In this document: positions 9,498 through 19,338 of the stretch, piece by piece
How the letters are laid out: each line of letters starts with the position of its first letter
How positions within the stretch are numbered: the stretch's first letter is position 1
NCBI GenBank assembly: GCA_045561495.1
Contig: JBJKXR010000036.1
Location: 521-64,520, forward strand
From: Flavobacteriales bacterium
Lineage (GTDB): Bacteria; Bacteroidota; Bacteroidia; Flavobacteriales_C; GCA-002722245
Direction of reading: 5' to 3'
DNA: 64,000 bases
Made by a program: the position numbers and the translations under genes
Notes under the pieces: generated by a model
What the model was told of the DNA's origin: nothing
Databases searched by the model: none
Seen by the model: only the letters and a program-made list of their open reading frames with translations

Positions 9498-11825
9498 ATG
9501 AATAATTATAAAAATCTACTGTTTCTAGTTTTAACCATTGTTGTATTCGCTCCAAGTTGTGCTCAGAAAATTATTGGTTATATACCACGATATAGAACAA
9601 CCGCTCAAATGGATGCTGCTATTGAGTGGGATAAAATGACTGACTACTATTATTTTGGTTCAATTCCTACTGGTTCAGGTGGCATTACTATTGAAGAGCC
9701 AACTAGATTTCAACATGTCTTAAATAAAGCCGTTTCGTTCAACAAAAATGTTTGGTTATCTGTAGGTGGGTGGAATAAATCATCGAATTTTATAACTATA
9801 GCTAACAGTGAAACTAAGAGAGCTGCTTTTGCTCAAGAAGCTTTGGAGATTTGTGAGGACAACGGTTTAACCGGAATTGATATTGATTGGGAATTTCCAG
9901 CAGCAGGTCAAGAAGTTGCCTTTAAAAACTTTTTCAAAACCTTATATGAAAAGTTGCACCCAGAGGGATATTTGGTTTCTGCTGCATGCGGTGGAGAAGC
10001 TGCTCATGCAGACAAATGGTTGGATGAAACTTTTGATTACATAGATGACTTAAATATCATGAGTTATGACGACCCCAGTCTAACGAATGGCAATCATGCA
10101 TCCTTAGAGTTTATGGAGGACGCTATGGACTTGTATTATGATCGCGGTTGCCCGTATGAAAAAATGTTAGGAGGTGTTGCTTTTTACAGCAGATGTACAG
10201 CAGTTCAGATGTATAGTACTATTTTAAATGCTTCAACTGATAAGCAAAATACTTATGAGAATGACATTACGGGAGGTAAGTGTTACAATGGAAGAAATAC
10301 TATAGAAGATAAGATTGACTACGTAATGGGTAAAGGTGGCGTTGGTATTTTAATTTGGGAGGTTACTCAAGATGTAAAAGGCCAATATTCATTATTAAAT
10401 GCTTGCGATGAAGCGATGGATAAACATAAATGCTCTGCTCCAACCCCAGAATTGGGTGAAAACATTAGTATATGTGGTTTGAGTTCGGTTACTTTAGATG
10501 CGGGCGTATCACCTCAATTAGGAGTTACATTTACATGGAAAGATGAGACTCAAACTTTGGTCAATCAATCCTCTACAGCTAATACATTTGATGCGCCGGC
10601 GGCAGGTGTTTACACTGTTGAGGTTTGGCAAGATGGTTGTAATCGATCGGATGAAATAGAAGTGACTGGAGTGTTAAGCACACCTGATTTGGGAGGTCCA
10701 TATGAGCTTTGTGATCCGGTATCGGTTTCTTTAGACGCTGCCGTAAGTGGTAATGGAAGAACCATTGAATGGAGAAAAGATAATCAAGTTTTATCGGGAG
10801 AAACAAATTCTACATTATTGGTTAAAAAAGGAGGTGAATATAAAGTAACGGTTTTTGCAACTGGATGTACTTCTGTTAATGCCACAACAACAGTAACTTC
10901 AGAAGTTCCTTTTGCAGAATCTGATACTGTATGCATGGTTGGTGATGAAGCAGGTTTAGAGGCAAGTGAAACTGTAAAATGGTATGATTCAGAAAATGCA
11001 ATCACTGAAATAGCTACTGGGCAGTTTTTTTCGCCAATTGTAAATGCAAATATAACATACTGGATGGGAGGAGCAGGTAGTGCTCTTACTCAAAATACAA
11101 CACTAGGTTCTGGTGTTGGAAGTGGGTGGAATGCTGGTACGAACAATTACGGAAGAAAAATATCCATTTTGGCAGATCAGGTTAATTTAGACGCAGTTTC
11201 TGTTACAGCTGGAGCAGCAGGTTCAGTAAAAATTAATTTGAAGTCAAGTGATGGTACTACAATTCTAAAAACAGTAACCGCTACTGTTGGTGGCGGAGAT
11301 CAAGAAGTGACTCTCAACTGGGAAGGAATTACAGCTGGTGATTACTATCTTGATGCCTTTGGTTCAAGTATAAGTTTAAAGATGGGGAATTCTCCTGCAT
11401 CAAGTCCGTTCGAAATCCCGGGAGTTTTTTCATCAACGGCTAAAGGTTGGGCTAATTGGGGTTCTTGGGCCGAGGCGGATAACTACGGTTTTTTCTTTAA
11501 TTTGAAAATAACTTCTGGTAAAGAATGTTTGAAAGTTCCCGTTAATGTTATCATTGATTCAAATAACGATGAGTGTTTAACCGTCATAGAGAATAAAATT
11601 CAATTTAAGAACATGAAAATTTATCCAAATCCTTCTAGTTCTGAATTTACAATATCTAACGTAGTTGGAGAAGTTTCTATTTATGATGTGAAAGGTTCGC
11701 TTGTTGATGTAATTAATGTAAACAATACTTTAACTGTTTTTGGGTCCAATTTATATAAGGGTGTGTATTTTGTTAAAGTCAAATCACCAGATGCTGTGAT
11801 TACTCAAAAGATTATAAAAAAATAA
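9498..11825 (+). CDS. secreted GH18 chitinase with Ig-like repeat domains and T9SS (Por) C-terminal sorting domain
   Basis: Signal peptide. GH18 catalytic motif GIDIDWEFP (DxDxE). Central Cys-containing Ig-like repeats. C-terminal ~80 aa ...KIYPNPSSSEFTIS...GVYFVKV... typical of T9SS type-A CTD. Confidence 0.85.
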   Translation: MNNYKNLLFLVLTIVVFAPSCAQKIIGYIPRYRTTAQMDAAIEWDKMTDYYYFGSIPTGSGGITIEEPTRFQHVLNKAVSFNKNVWLSVGGWNKSSNFITIANSETKRAAFAQEALEICEDNGLTGIDIDWEFPAAGQEVAFKNFFKTLYEKLHPEGYLVSAACGGEAAHADKWLDETFDYIDDLNIMSYDDPSLTNGNHASLEFMEDAMDLYYDRGCPYEKMLGGVAFYSRCTAVQMYSTILNASTDKQNTYENDITGGKCYNGRNTIEDKIDYVMGKGGVGILIWEVTQDVKGQYSLLNACDEAMDKHKCSAPTPELGENISICGLSSVTLDAGVSPQLGVTFTWKDETQTLVNQSSTANTFDAPAAGVYTVEVWQDGCNRSDEIEVTGVLSTPDLGGPYELCDPVSVSLDAAVSGNGRTIEWRKDNQVLSGETNSTLLVKKGGEYKVTVFATGCTSVNATTTVTSEVPFAESDTVCMVGDEAGLEASETVKWYDSENAITEIATGQFFSPIVNANITYWMGGAGSALTQNTTLGSGVGSGWNAGTNNYGRKISILADQVNLDAVSVTAGAAGSVKINLKSSDGTTILKTVTATVGGGDQEVTLNWEGITAGDYYLDAFGSSISLKMGNSPASSPFEIPGVFSSTAKGWANWGSWAEADNYGFFFNLKITSGKECLKVPVNVIIDSNNDECLTVIENKIQFKNMKIYPNPSSSEFTISNVVGEVSIYDVKGSLVDVINVNNTLTVFGSNLYKGVYFVKVKSPDAVITQKIIKK

Positions 11826-11947
11826 ATTCGTTTTTTTTCGGTTGAGAGGTTGGTCAGTTTTGATCAGCCTTTTTTTATAAATTCTATGTTAACAAGTATT
11901 ATATAGCCGTATGATTTTCAAATTCAATTCAAATTATATTTGAGGGT

Positions 11948-12793
11948 ATGGTTAAAATACTAACCCTTATTTTTTCATTAATATCTATTTTAGTAACTGG
12001 ACGTCCAGACTCCTTAGATGTTTTGAGTTCTTTTAAGAATATGATCAAAATACCTGATAAATCATGGACAGCTGATGATAGTTTGTATTATGTTCCTGCT
12101 TACGGTTTGTATGGTGGTTTTGATCAGAGTAAAATTTGGGGAGTTAAGGTTGATCAAACAAAAAAAGCAGATACTACAACACTCAAGTTAGTATATGATT
12201 CTTGCGATTTTCATAGTCCTTCGATAGGACGATTAACGTCAGGATATGGTTGGAGAAATAACCGTCCTCATTATGGGGTTGATATAAAATTAAAAACAGG
12301 AGATAGTGTCCGCTCTGTTTTTGATGGAATGGTTAGAATAGCTCGATACAGCTCTACATATGGCCATGTGGTTGTAGTTAGGCACGACAACGGATTAGAA
12401 ACACTATATGCTCATCTTAGCAAGCGCTCTGTTAAAGAAGGTGATGAAGTAGCTGTTGGTAATTTGATGGGGTTGGGTGGAAATACAGGTAGAAGCTATG
12501 GTAGTCATTTGCATTTTGAAATAAGGTATTTGGGAGAACCAATAAATCCAAAGGATATTTTCACTATCAATGATTCAACATTTCAAGTCAGAAAAGACTC
12601 GTTATTTTTGAGTCAAAAAAACTTTTCTTTTTTAGAGGAAGTTAGAAAAATTAAATATCATAGAGTGAGGAGTGGGGATAGTTTGTGGCGAATTTCAAAG
12701 CGTTACAATGTTTCTATTACTAAGTTGTGTAGGTTAAATAAAATAAGTAGAAAAAAAACCCTAAGAATAGGGCAGAAAATCAGGTATAATTAA
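11948..12793 (+). CDS. M23 family metallopeptidase with C-terminal LysM domain
   Basis: HYGVDI ... GNTGRSYGSHLHFEI M23 motifs. C-terminal LysM (YHRVRSGDSLWRISKRYNVSITKLCRLN). Confidence 0.85.
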   Translation: MVKILTLIFSLISILVTGRPDSLDVLSSFKNMIKIPDKSWTADDSLYYVPAYGLYGGFDQSKIWGVKVDQTKKADTTTLKLVYDSCDFHSPSIGRLTSGYGWRNNRPHYGVDIKLKTGDSVRSVFDGMVRIARYSSTYGHVVVVRHDNGLETLYAHLSKRSVKEGDEVAVGNLMGLGGNTGRSYGSHLHFEIRYLGEPINPKDIFTINDSTFQVRKDSLFLSQKNFSFLEEVRKIKYHRVRSGDSLWRISKRYNVSITKLCRLNKISRKKTLRIGQKIRYN

Positions 12794-13031
12794 TTAGTTT
12801 AAGAACTAGAGTATTTTGAATCATATGAATTTCAATTCGTTTATGTTCAATTTTTTTCCACTCTGCTTGTTTATTTTTTCTACCGAAATGATTTGATTTA
12901 ATTTTTTTAAAAATATTTGGGTTTTAATATAGATAAATGCTATCTAAGTTATATCTTTTCACTTTATTTGAGAATTAAATTAAGCGTGATACATTTGAAA
13001 CATAACTCTTCTAACTTCGTAAAAATAAAAG

Positions 13032-13594
13032 TGAAAAAAAATCTACTGGTTATTTTGATGTGTTCTTTAAGTGCTTGTTTGTATGCGCAAAAGACATATG
13101 TGCCAAAACCAACACCCTATAATGACCCAACTAAGGGAGTTAATATTGATTCTTTAAAAACGGATACAACATCCGGACAAGTGAACAATACTTCTGTGGA
13201 TTATGATGTTTCAGATTTGTTTAATTTAGATTTATCGGAATCTGAAAGGGCTCAAGCAAAAGCTATTATCGAGGTTTTTTCTGAACAAATTGATGAGGAT
13301 TCTTCAAATATTGGAGCTTATGTGAATAGAGGTTCATATTGGGCAACATTAGGACTCCATGTGCAAGCTATAAAAGATTACAATAAAGCTCTTGAAATAA
13401 ATGATCAGCAGCCTATTATCTACTATAATAGAGCCTTAAGTAAGGCTCGGTTTTTTTATACTTTTGATGCATGTTTAGATTTGAAGCAAGCTAGAGATTT
13501 AGGCCTACAGCAGGCAAATACTTTAATGATGCAGCAATGCGGTAAACATATGGCAAAGCTTAATGCCTATAAGCGGGATACTATTTCAAAGTAA
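13032..13594 (+). CDS. TPR-like secreted/lipoprotein, paralog A (probable GTG start giving signal peptide MKKNLLVILMCSLSACLYAQ)
   Basis: Signal peptide with lipobox-like LSAC. C-terminal YNRALSKARFFYTFDACLDLKQARDLG shared with downstream paralog. Confidence 0.45.
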
Positions 13595-13678
13595 TTTCAT
13601 AAGGTTTTTTATGTTGATAACTTCATAATTGTTATCTAATGGTCTATTTTAGTAGTAGTAAATTTAATTTACGTTACT

Positions 13679-14170
13679 TTGATTATTATGAGGTTGATTT
13701 TATTATTCATATTCATACTCTTAACAACAGTTTCATTTGCGCAGAAAAAAGCTGTTATTGATTCTGCTATTGACTCTGTTGATGTGAAAATTGAAAAATA
13801 CTACAATACAGGGATATCTGATTCTTTGCGAAATCATTTGAAAGCCCAAATCAAGTACATGAACAAGTATATTTCAAAGGATAGTTTAAACTCTAAAGCC
13901 TTTCTGCAGAGGGGTATATATTACAGCCAACTTGGATTTCAAGTTAAAGCAATTGCTGATTATGATAAATCTCTGAAATTAGATTCTAATGAATCCGTAG
14001 CGTATTTTAATCGCGGATTAGCCAAAGCAAGATTTCGGTATTCATACGACGCGTGTTATGATATAAAAAAAGCCCACAATTTAGGAATTGAAGCTGCTGA
14101 AGATATATATCAAGCGTATTGTAAGATGTACCATTCTCAAATTGAGAAAATATTGCCTTCAGGCAATTAG
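13679..14170 (+). CDS. TPR-like secreted protein, paralog B
   Basis: Signal peptide. FNRGLAKARFRYSYDACYDIKKAHNLG parallels upstream gene. Confidence 0.45.
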   Translation: MIIMRLILLFIFILLTTVSFAQKKAVIDSAIDSVDVKIEKYYNTGISDSLRNHLKAQIKYMNKYISKDSLNSKAFLQRGIYYSQLGFQVKAIADYDKSLKLDSNESVAYFNRGLAKARFRYSYDACYDIKKAHNLGIEAAEDIYQAYCKMYHSQIEKILPSGN

Positions 14171-14315
14171 TAAATCAGTATTATTTATTCTTATTATTAC
14201 TTTTTAAAAGAACTACACTGAGTAAATATGTAGTTTAATTCTATTTTTTATTCATATGAAACCCAACCGATAAATTTAAGGTTTACTAGTATATGCTGTT
14301 TTTAAAAAATAGCCC

Positions 14316-15212
14316 ATGAAAACATTAGATAAGATATTAGAAGGATTAATGAGGCGATATTCTAAGAGGGTTCCCGAAGTAAATAAAGTTACTAAAGCAT
14401 TAATTAAAAGAGGAGTTATAAAGTCTCAGAAGGAAATAAGTAATGATCATGTGGCATTTAGAACAATGGGAGTTAAACAGCTTGGCTTAAAATCGTTTGA
14501 GAAAATATTTTTATACCATGGGTATGTTCCAAGAGATGATTACTTTTTTGAAGGAAAAAGATTAAATGCTAGATGGTATGCACCACCAGAACCTAAGTAC
14601 CCGAGAATATTTATTAGTGAGTTAAGAGTTGATGATATGCCTAACGAGACTCAAAAAATAATTTATTCTTATTTAGACGAGGTAAAATCAGATCCTGTCG
14701 AAAAACTGAATTTAGATGATTTTAAACAAGTAGATACTTTTTTACACGAACCTCTTTGGCGACTTCCAAGCTGGAGTGATTTTAAACAATTGCAAAAAGT
14801 TAGCGAGTATGCTGCTTGGGTAATTTACAATCGCTATTATCTAAATCATTACACAATTTCAGTCCATGACTTAAACATCGGCTATAACACAATTTCTGAA
14901 TTCAATGCGTTTTTGGAGTCTATAGGAATTGTTCTAAATGATTCTGGAGGTGAAATTAAGGTGAGTAAGGATAATCTTTTGTTGCAAAGTTCTACAGTTT
15001 CCTCTATGGTTGAGGCTGATTTTCAGGAGGGTATAAAAAAAATGATACCAGGTTCTTATGTTGAATTTTGCGAAAGAAAAGTATTGCCTCAATATAAGCA
15101 CCTTATTGGTAAACAAATTCAAAGAAAACATCGTAGAGATGGCTTTGAAACAGGTAACGCAGATAAAATTTTTGAAAGTACTTATTTAGACCAAACAAAA
15201 AAGAAAAAATAA
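14316..15212 (+). CDS. DUF1338 (HglS/YdcJ-like) putative 2-oxoadipate dioxygenase/decarboxylase, short form
   Basis: HVAFRTMG-type His motif. Context: first gene of a 3-gene lysine-catabolic cluster. 298 aa is shorter than E. coli YdcJ, so the assignment is tentative. Confidence 0.45.
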   Translation: MKTLDKILEGLMRRYSKRVPEVNKVTKALIKRGVIKSQKEISNDHVAFRTMGVKQLGLKSFEKIFLYHGYVPRDDYFFEGKRLNARWYAPPEPKYPRIFISELRVDDMPNETQKIIYSYLDEVKSDPVEKLNLDDFKQVDTFLHEPLWRLPSWSDFKQLQKVSEYAAWVIYNRYYLNHYTISVHDLNIGYNTISEFNAFLESIGIVLNDSGGEIKVSKDNLLLQSSTVSSMVEADFQEGIKKMIPGSYVEFCERKVLPQYKHLIGKQIQRKHRRDGFETGNADKIFESTYLDQTKKKK

Positions 15213-15213
15213 T

Positions 15214-16302
15214 ATGAAAGAAATTGCAACAATGGGTTTAGGAAAAGTAGGAACTCTTGTAGGTGTATTATTAAGTAAAAAGTATAATGTATTAGGAATA
15301 GATAAACAAAAACCGCATTATGATTTTGATTTACCTTTCGAGGTTGTTGAAGGTGATTTGTCCAATGAGGAGTTTATAAGAAAAGTTTTAGAAGATAAAG
15401 ATGCCGTGGTTTCAGCTTTGCCTTATTATTTAAACAAGTTAATTGCCAAGGTTGCTCATGATTTAGGCATCCATTATTTTGATTTAACCGAGGATGTTGA
15501 AACAACCAATTACATAAGAGAGCTTAGTAATACATCAAAAGGAGTAATGGCACCGCAGTGTGGTTTAGCTCCTGGCTTTATAGGTATTATTGGTGCTCAT
15601 TTAACTAAAGATTTCACCAAGGTTCGAGATATTGAATTGCGAGTAGGTGCCTTGCCACGTTATCCCAATGGTCAAATGGCTTATTCGTTTACATGGTCTC
15701 CAGCGGGTGTAATCAACGAGTACATTAATGATGCTGAAGCCATTCATCACGGTGAACGTAAAATGGTTACTTCTTTGAATGGTTTTGAGTATATCAACAT
15801 CGGAGGGCGAGAATTCGAAGCATTTACCACTTCAGGAGGATTAGGAACTATGTGTGAAACCTATGAAGGAAAGGTAGATACATTAAATTACAAATCAATT
15901 CGATATCCAGGGCACGGTAAGCTTATGAAGTTCTTGATTAGTGAATTGATCATGAAAGATGATAAAGAAAACTTGACCAAAATTTTAGAAAACGCGAAAC
16001 CACCAGTCAAGGAGGATGTTGTATACATCTATGCTGTAGTCGAGGGCTGGAAAAATGATAAATTGTTCAGGAATGAGTACTATAAAGCATTTTATCCTTT
16101 GGAAATTGAAGGGCAAGAATGGAGAGCTATTTCTTGGACAACAGCAGCTTCCATTGCTGCAGTAATTGAAATGGTTGAAAAGGGAGATTTACCCGCGAAA
16201 GGATTTATAAAACAGGAAGAGATATCGTACAAAAAATTAATTGAAACATCCAACGGGCAATATTATGTTAAAGGAGATTTAGAAGGTTCATTAAAAGAAT
16301 AA
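15214..16302 (+). CDS. saccharopine dehydrogenase family NAD(P)-binding protein (lysine 6-dehydrogenase/saccharopine DH-like)
   Basis: N-terminal Rossmann GLGKVG. 362 aa, typical of Sacchrp_dh_NADB family. 1-bp spacing from upstream gene. Confidence 0.65.
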   Translation: MKEIATMGLGKVGTLVGVLLSKKYNVLGIDKQKPHYDFDLPFEVVEGDLSNEEFIRKVLEDKDAVVSALPYYLNKLIAKVAHDLGIHYFDLTEDVETTNYIRELSNTSKGVMAPQCGLAPGFIGIIGAHLTKDFTKVRDIELRVGALPRYPNGQMAYSFTWSPAGVINEYINDAEAIHHGERKMVTSLNGFEYINIGGREFEAFTTSGGLGTMCETYEGKVDTLNYKSIRYPGHGKLMKFLISELIMKDDKENLTKILENAKPPVKEDVVYIYAVVEGWKNDKLFRNEYYKAFYPLEIEGQEWRAISWTTAASIAAVIEMVEKGDLPAKGFIKQEEISYKKLIETSNGQYYVKGDLEGSLKE

Positions 16303-16369
16303 TTAGTATTGCTTTTTTTCCAGTTTATAAAACTTTAAAATTTTGCTGGAATGAACAAAAAATATAAAG

Positions 16370-17896
16370 ATGAAAGACATTCTTAATAAAAATAAATTGG
16401 AGGCTCCTTTTCAAGGAGTGAGTACAGGTACTCAAAGTTGGAAAGGTAATGGAGCGATTTTCAAAATCCAATCCCCTGTTGATGGAAAAACAATAGGTGA
16501 AATACAAAGTGGAAATTCTTCAGATTTTCAAAAGATTATTGATGAGTCTCGTGAAGCATTTAAAACATGGCGACAATTACCCGCTCCTCAAAGAGGGGAA
16601 GTGGTTCGTCAGTTCGGTGAAGAGCTTAGAAAACAGAAGCAATCACTTGGAGAATTGGTGAGCTATGAAATGGGTAAAAGTTTGCAGGAAGGTCTTGGTG
16701 AAGTTCAGGAAATGATTGATATCTGTGATTTTGCAGTAGGTGTATCACGCCAATTGTATGGACTTCAAATGCATTCTGAACGACCAGAGCATAGAATGCT
16801 GGAACAGTGGCATCCTTTGGGAATTGTTGGTATAATTTCAGCGTTCAACTTTCCAGTTGCAGTATGGGCATGGAATACAGCGCTAGCATGGATTTGCGGT
16901 AATGTATGTGTTTGGAAGCCATCAGAAAAAACACCCTTTACAGCGTTGGCTTGTCAGCAAATTATGAAAGTCGTACTTACCAATAATGAACTTCCGGAGG
17001 GAATATGTTCCGTGATCATTGGAGGTAGAGATGTTGGTGAGCAAATGGCGTCTAGCCACGAGGTAGCATTAGTATCCGCAACTGGCTCAACAAAGATGGG
17101 GAAAAGTGTAGCTCAACACGTAGCGGCACGATTCGGCAAGTCAATCCTTGAATTAGGAGGTAATAATGCCATTATTATAACTGAAAATGCTGATTTATCA
17201 CAGGCAGTTCCAGCTATTGTTTTTGGTGCAGTAGGGACATGCGGACAGCGTTGTACATCAACTCGCCGTTTAATTGTACATGAATCTCAATATGATTCAT
17301 TGATTGGAAAGTTGGTTAAAGCTTATGGTCAAATTAATATAGGAAACCCCTTGGATGAAGGTAATCATGTAGGCCCATTAATTGATACGGATGCTGTTGA
17401 AAGTTACAGTTCTGCAATTGTCTCCGCAATAAACCAAGGAGGTAATGTTTTAATAGGAAATGAAGTTTTAACCTCCAAAGAATATGTTTCGGGTTGTTAT
17501 GTGAAACCAACGATTATTGAAGCAAATCATACTATGTCGGTGGTTAAGGACGAAACATTTGCCCCAATTCTTTATGTAATGAAATATTCTACTCTTGATG
17601 AAGCAATTGAAATTCAAAATTCAGTTCCACAAGGGTTGTCTTCGAGTATATTTACCTTAAATATGCGAGAAAGTGAACAATTTTTATCTGTTGCAGGTTC
17701 TGATTGTGGTATAGCAAATGTAAACATAGGGACCTCAGGTGCTGAAATTGGTGGTGCTTTTGGTGGTGAAAAGGAAACAGGTGGCGGAAGAGAATCTGGA
17801 TCTGATGCTTGGAAAGCCTATATGCGAAGACAAACTTGCACAATTAATTTTGGAACCAAGCTTCCTCTCGCACAAGGGATTAAGTTTGAATTGTAA
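16370..17896 (+). CDS. ALDH7-type aldehyde dehydrogenase (L-aminoadipate-semialdehyde / piperideine-6-carboxylate dehydrogenase)
   Basis: Antiquitin-like signature SERPEHRMLEQWHPLGIVGIISAFNFPVAVWAWN. Catalytic Cys (GTCGQRC) and ELGGNN Glu motifs. Confidence 0.85.
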   Translation: MKDILNKNKLEAPFQGVSTGTQSWKGNGAIFKIQSPVDGKTIGEIQSGNSSDFQKIIDESREAFKTWRQLPAPQRGEVVRQFGEELRKQKQSLGELVSYEMGKSLQEGLGEVQEMIDICDFAVGVSRQLYGLQMHSERPEHRMLEQWHPLGIVGIISAFNFPVAVWAWNTALAWICGNVCVWKPSEKTPFTALACQQIMKVVLTNNELPEGICSVIIGGRDVGEQMASSHEVALVSATGSTKMGKSVAQHVAARFGKSILELGGNNAIIITENADLSQAVPAIVFGAVGTCGQRCTSTRRLIVHESQYDSLIGKLVKAYGQINIGNPLDEGNHVGPLIDTDAVESYSSAIVSAINQGGNVLIGNEVLTSKEYVSGCYVKPTIIEANHTMSVVKDETFAPILYVMKYSTLDEAIEIQNSVPQGLSSSIFTLNMRESEQFLSVAGSDCGIANVNIGTSGAEIGGAFGGEKETGGGRESGSDAWKAYMRRQTCTINFGTKLPLAQGIKFEL

Positions 17897-18091
17897 TAAT
17901 TATATATAAATTAAGATGTGAAATTTGTCTTTAAGTCTAGGCTATTGAAATTCATTTTTTCTTTTTTGATTTCAAAGAGGAGTCTTTCTTTTTTTTTGGA
18001 AGCTGTTTAAAATCCAGATGGCTATTCCAATGCACAATAGTAAAACGATATACTGAAGAAAGTTATAAATATGCATATTACTAAATGTACA

Positions 18092-18117
18092 AAAAAAAGC
18101 CCAGTATTTACTGGGCT
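18092..18117 (-). terminator. rho-independent terminator for dapD (minus strand)
   Basis: Perfect inverted repeat GCCCAGTA-TT-TACTGGGC at 18100-18117, followed on the minus strand by a T8 run (A8 at 18092-18099). Confidence 0.65.
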
Positions 18118-18144
18118 ATAAAATTATAGTACATGAGCAATTAA

Positions 18145-19305
18145 TTAGTCATTTACGTGCAAAGCTTCATTGAGCTCAATCGTTTTAGGATTGGGTTTGC
18201 ATACAATTTTACCCGATTGCGAATCTTGAATGAACAATAATTTATCCTTTCCATTTAATTCCATACCCTTTACAATATTTTGTCCTTCAGCAACAATTTT
18301 ATTTTGAAGATTTACGGGTTGGTTTTCTTCATTATATAGTGATATTTTACTTCCGGCAGTTATGTACACTCCAGCAGCAATTGTACAACCGAAACCTAGT
18401 GATATTCCAGTTCCTGCATTAGCACCTAATAAACATTCCTGCCCTATTGAAATCACATTTTTATTACCTCCAGAAAGCGTCCCCATTATAGATGCACCAC
18501 CTCCAATATCAGAATTTTCACCTACTACAACACCTCCAGAAATTCGTCCTTCAACCATTGCATTTCCTTTTGTCCCTGCATTGAAATTAACATATCCCGC
18601 AGGCATTACTGTTGTTCCTTCTCCTAAATAAGCTCCTAGCCTTACTTGTGATCCAGAAACTATTCTAGTTCCACTTGGTGCGTGGTAGTTTACCATATAA
18701 GGGAATTTGTCGATATGAGAAACTTGTAAGGGTTCCGTAAAAATATGTTTGGATATTTCTGTAGGCAAATCTTCAGGTAAAACAGGGCCTTTATTGGTCC
18801 AAGCAATATTGTTTAATTGACCAAATGCGCCATCTAAATTTAAACCATGAGGTTCAACGCATCTCTGTGACAAAGCTTGTAATTTAAAATACCCTTCAGT
18901 TGCAGACGCTACATTTTTATCTTTATCAAATAAAAAGTAAACTACGATTTCAGAGGAATAATATGGGTGTTTGTTTGAGAAATTATCCAGTAAGTTTTTT
19001 ATTGTGATAATGTTCTCATGCCCAGATATGTCACCATGAAAGGCAGAGAACTTAGCGTATACATCGTTTAGTTGCTCAATGTTTAATGTGTATTCTGCAT
19101 TTACACCAAAATTAATGTTTGCAACATCTGCAAATACAGCTGCGGTACCAAAAGAAGTTTCCCAATTGATTAATGGAAAAAATACGTCCAATGTCTTATC
19201 CCCTTTACTTCTCTTTACACCTAGTGCAAATGCTAAAGGTTGTTTGTATCCTTTTTTTGCTTCAACTGAAGCAACATAGCTTTTAAACTCTTTTACTGTA
19301 CTCAT
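18145..19305 (-). CDS. dapD: 2,3,4,5-tetrahydropyridine-2,6-dicarboxylate N-succinyltransferase, long form
   Basis: Left-handed beta-helix hexapeptide region (RLGAYLGEGTTVM..NFNAGT..MVEGRIS..VVVGENSDIGGGASIMGTLSGG). C-terminal KTIELNEALH tail matches long-form DapD as I recall it from Pseudomonas/actinobacterial enzymes. Confidence 0.75.
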   Translation of the reverse strand: MSTVKEFKSYVASVEAKKGYKQPLAFALGVKRSKGDKTLDVFFPLINWETSFGTAAVFADVANINFGVNAEYTLNIEQLNDVYAKFSAFHGDISGHENIITIKNLLDNFSNKHPYYSSEIVVYFLFDKDKNVASATEGYFKLQALSQRCVEPHGLNLDGAFGQLNNIAWTNKGPVLPEDLPTEISKHIFTEPLQVSHIDKFPYMVNYHAPSGTRIVSGSQVRLGAYLGEGTTVMPAGYVNFNAGTKGNAMVEGRISGGVVVGENSDIGGGASIMGTLSGGNKNVISIGQECLLGANAGTGISLGFGCTIAAGVYITAGSKISLYNEENQPVNLQNKIVAEGQNIVKGMELNGKDKLLFIQDSQSGKIVCKPNPKTIELNEALHVND

Positions 19306-19338
19306 TCGTTTGTAATTATTTATGTGCTGTGTGCAAAA

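Noticed and set aside
10579-11005. Two minus-strand ORFs inside the GH18 chitinase gene
   Set aside because: Antisense to a strongly supported CDS.
11826-11880. Possible terminator after the chitinase gene (ggttggtcagttttgatcagcc + T7)
   Set aside because: Inverted repeat is imperfect (TGGTCAG vs CTGATCA), so the stem is weak. Not reported as a feature.
18362-19279. Plus-strand ORFs 18362..18631 and 19079..19279
   Set aside because: Antisense to the well-supported dapD gene. Pro/Ala-rich translations are the mirror of the hexapeptide repeat codons.
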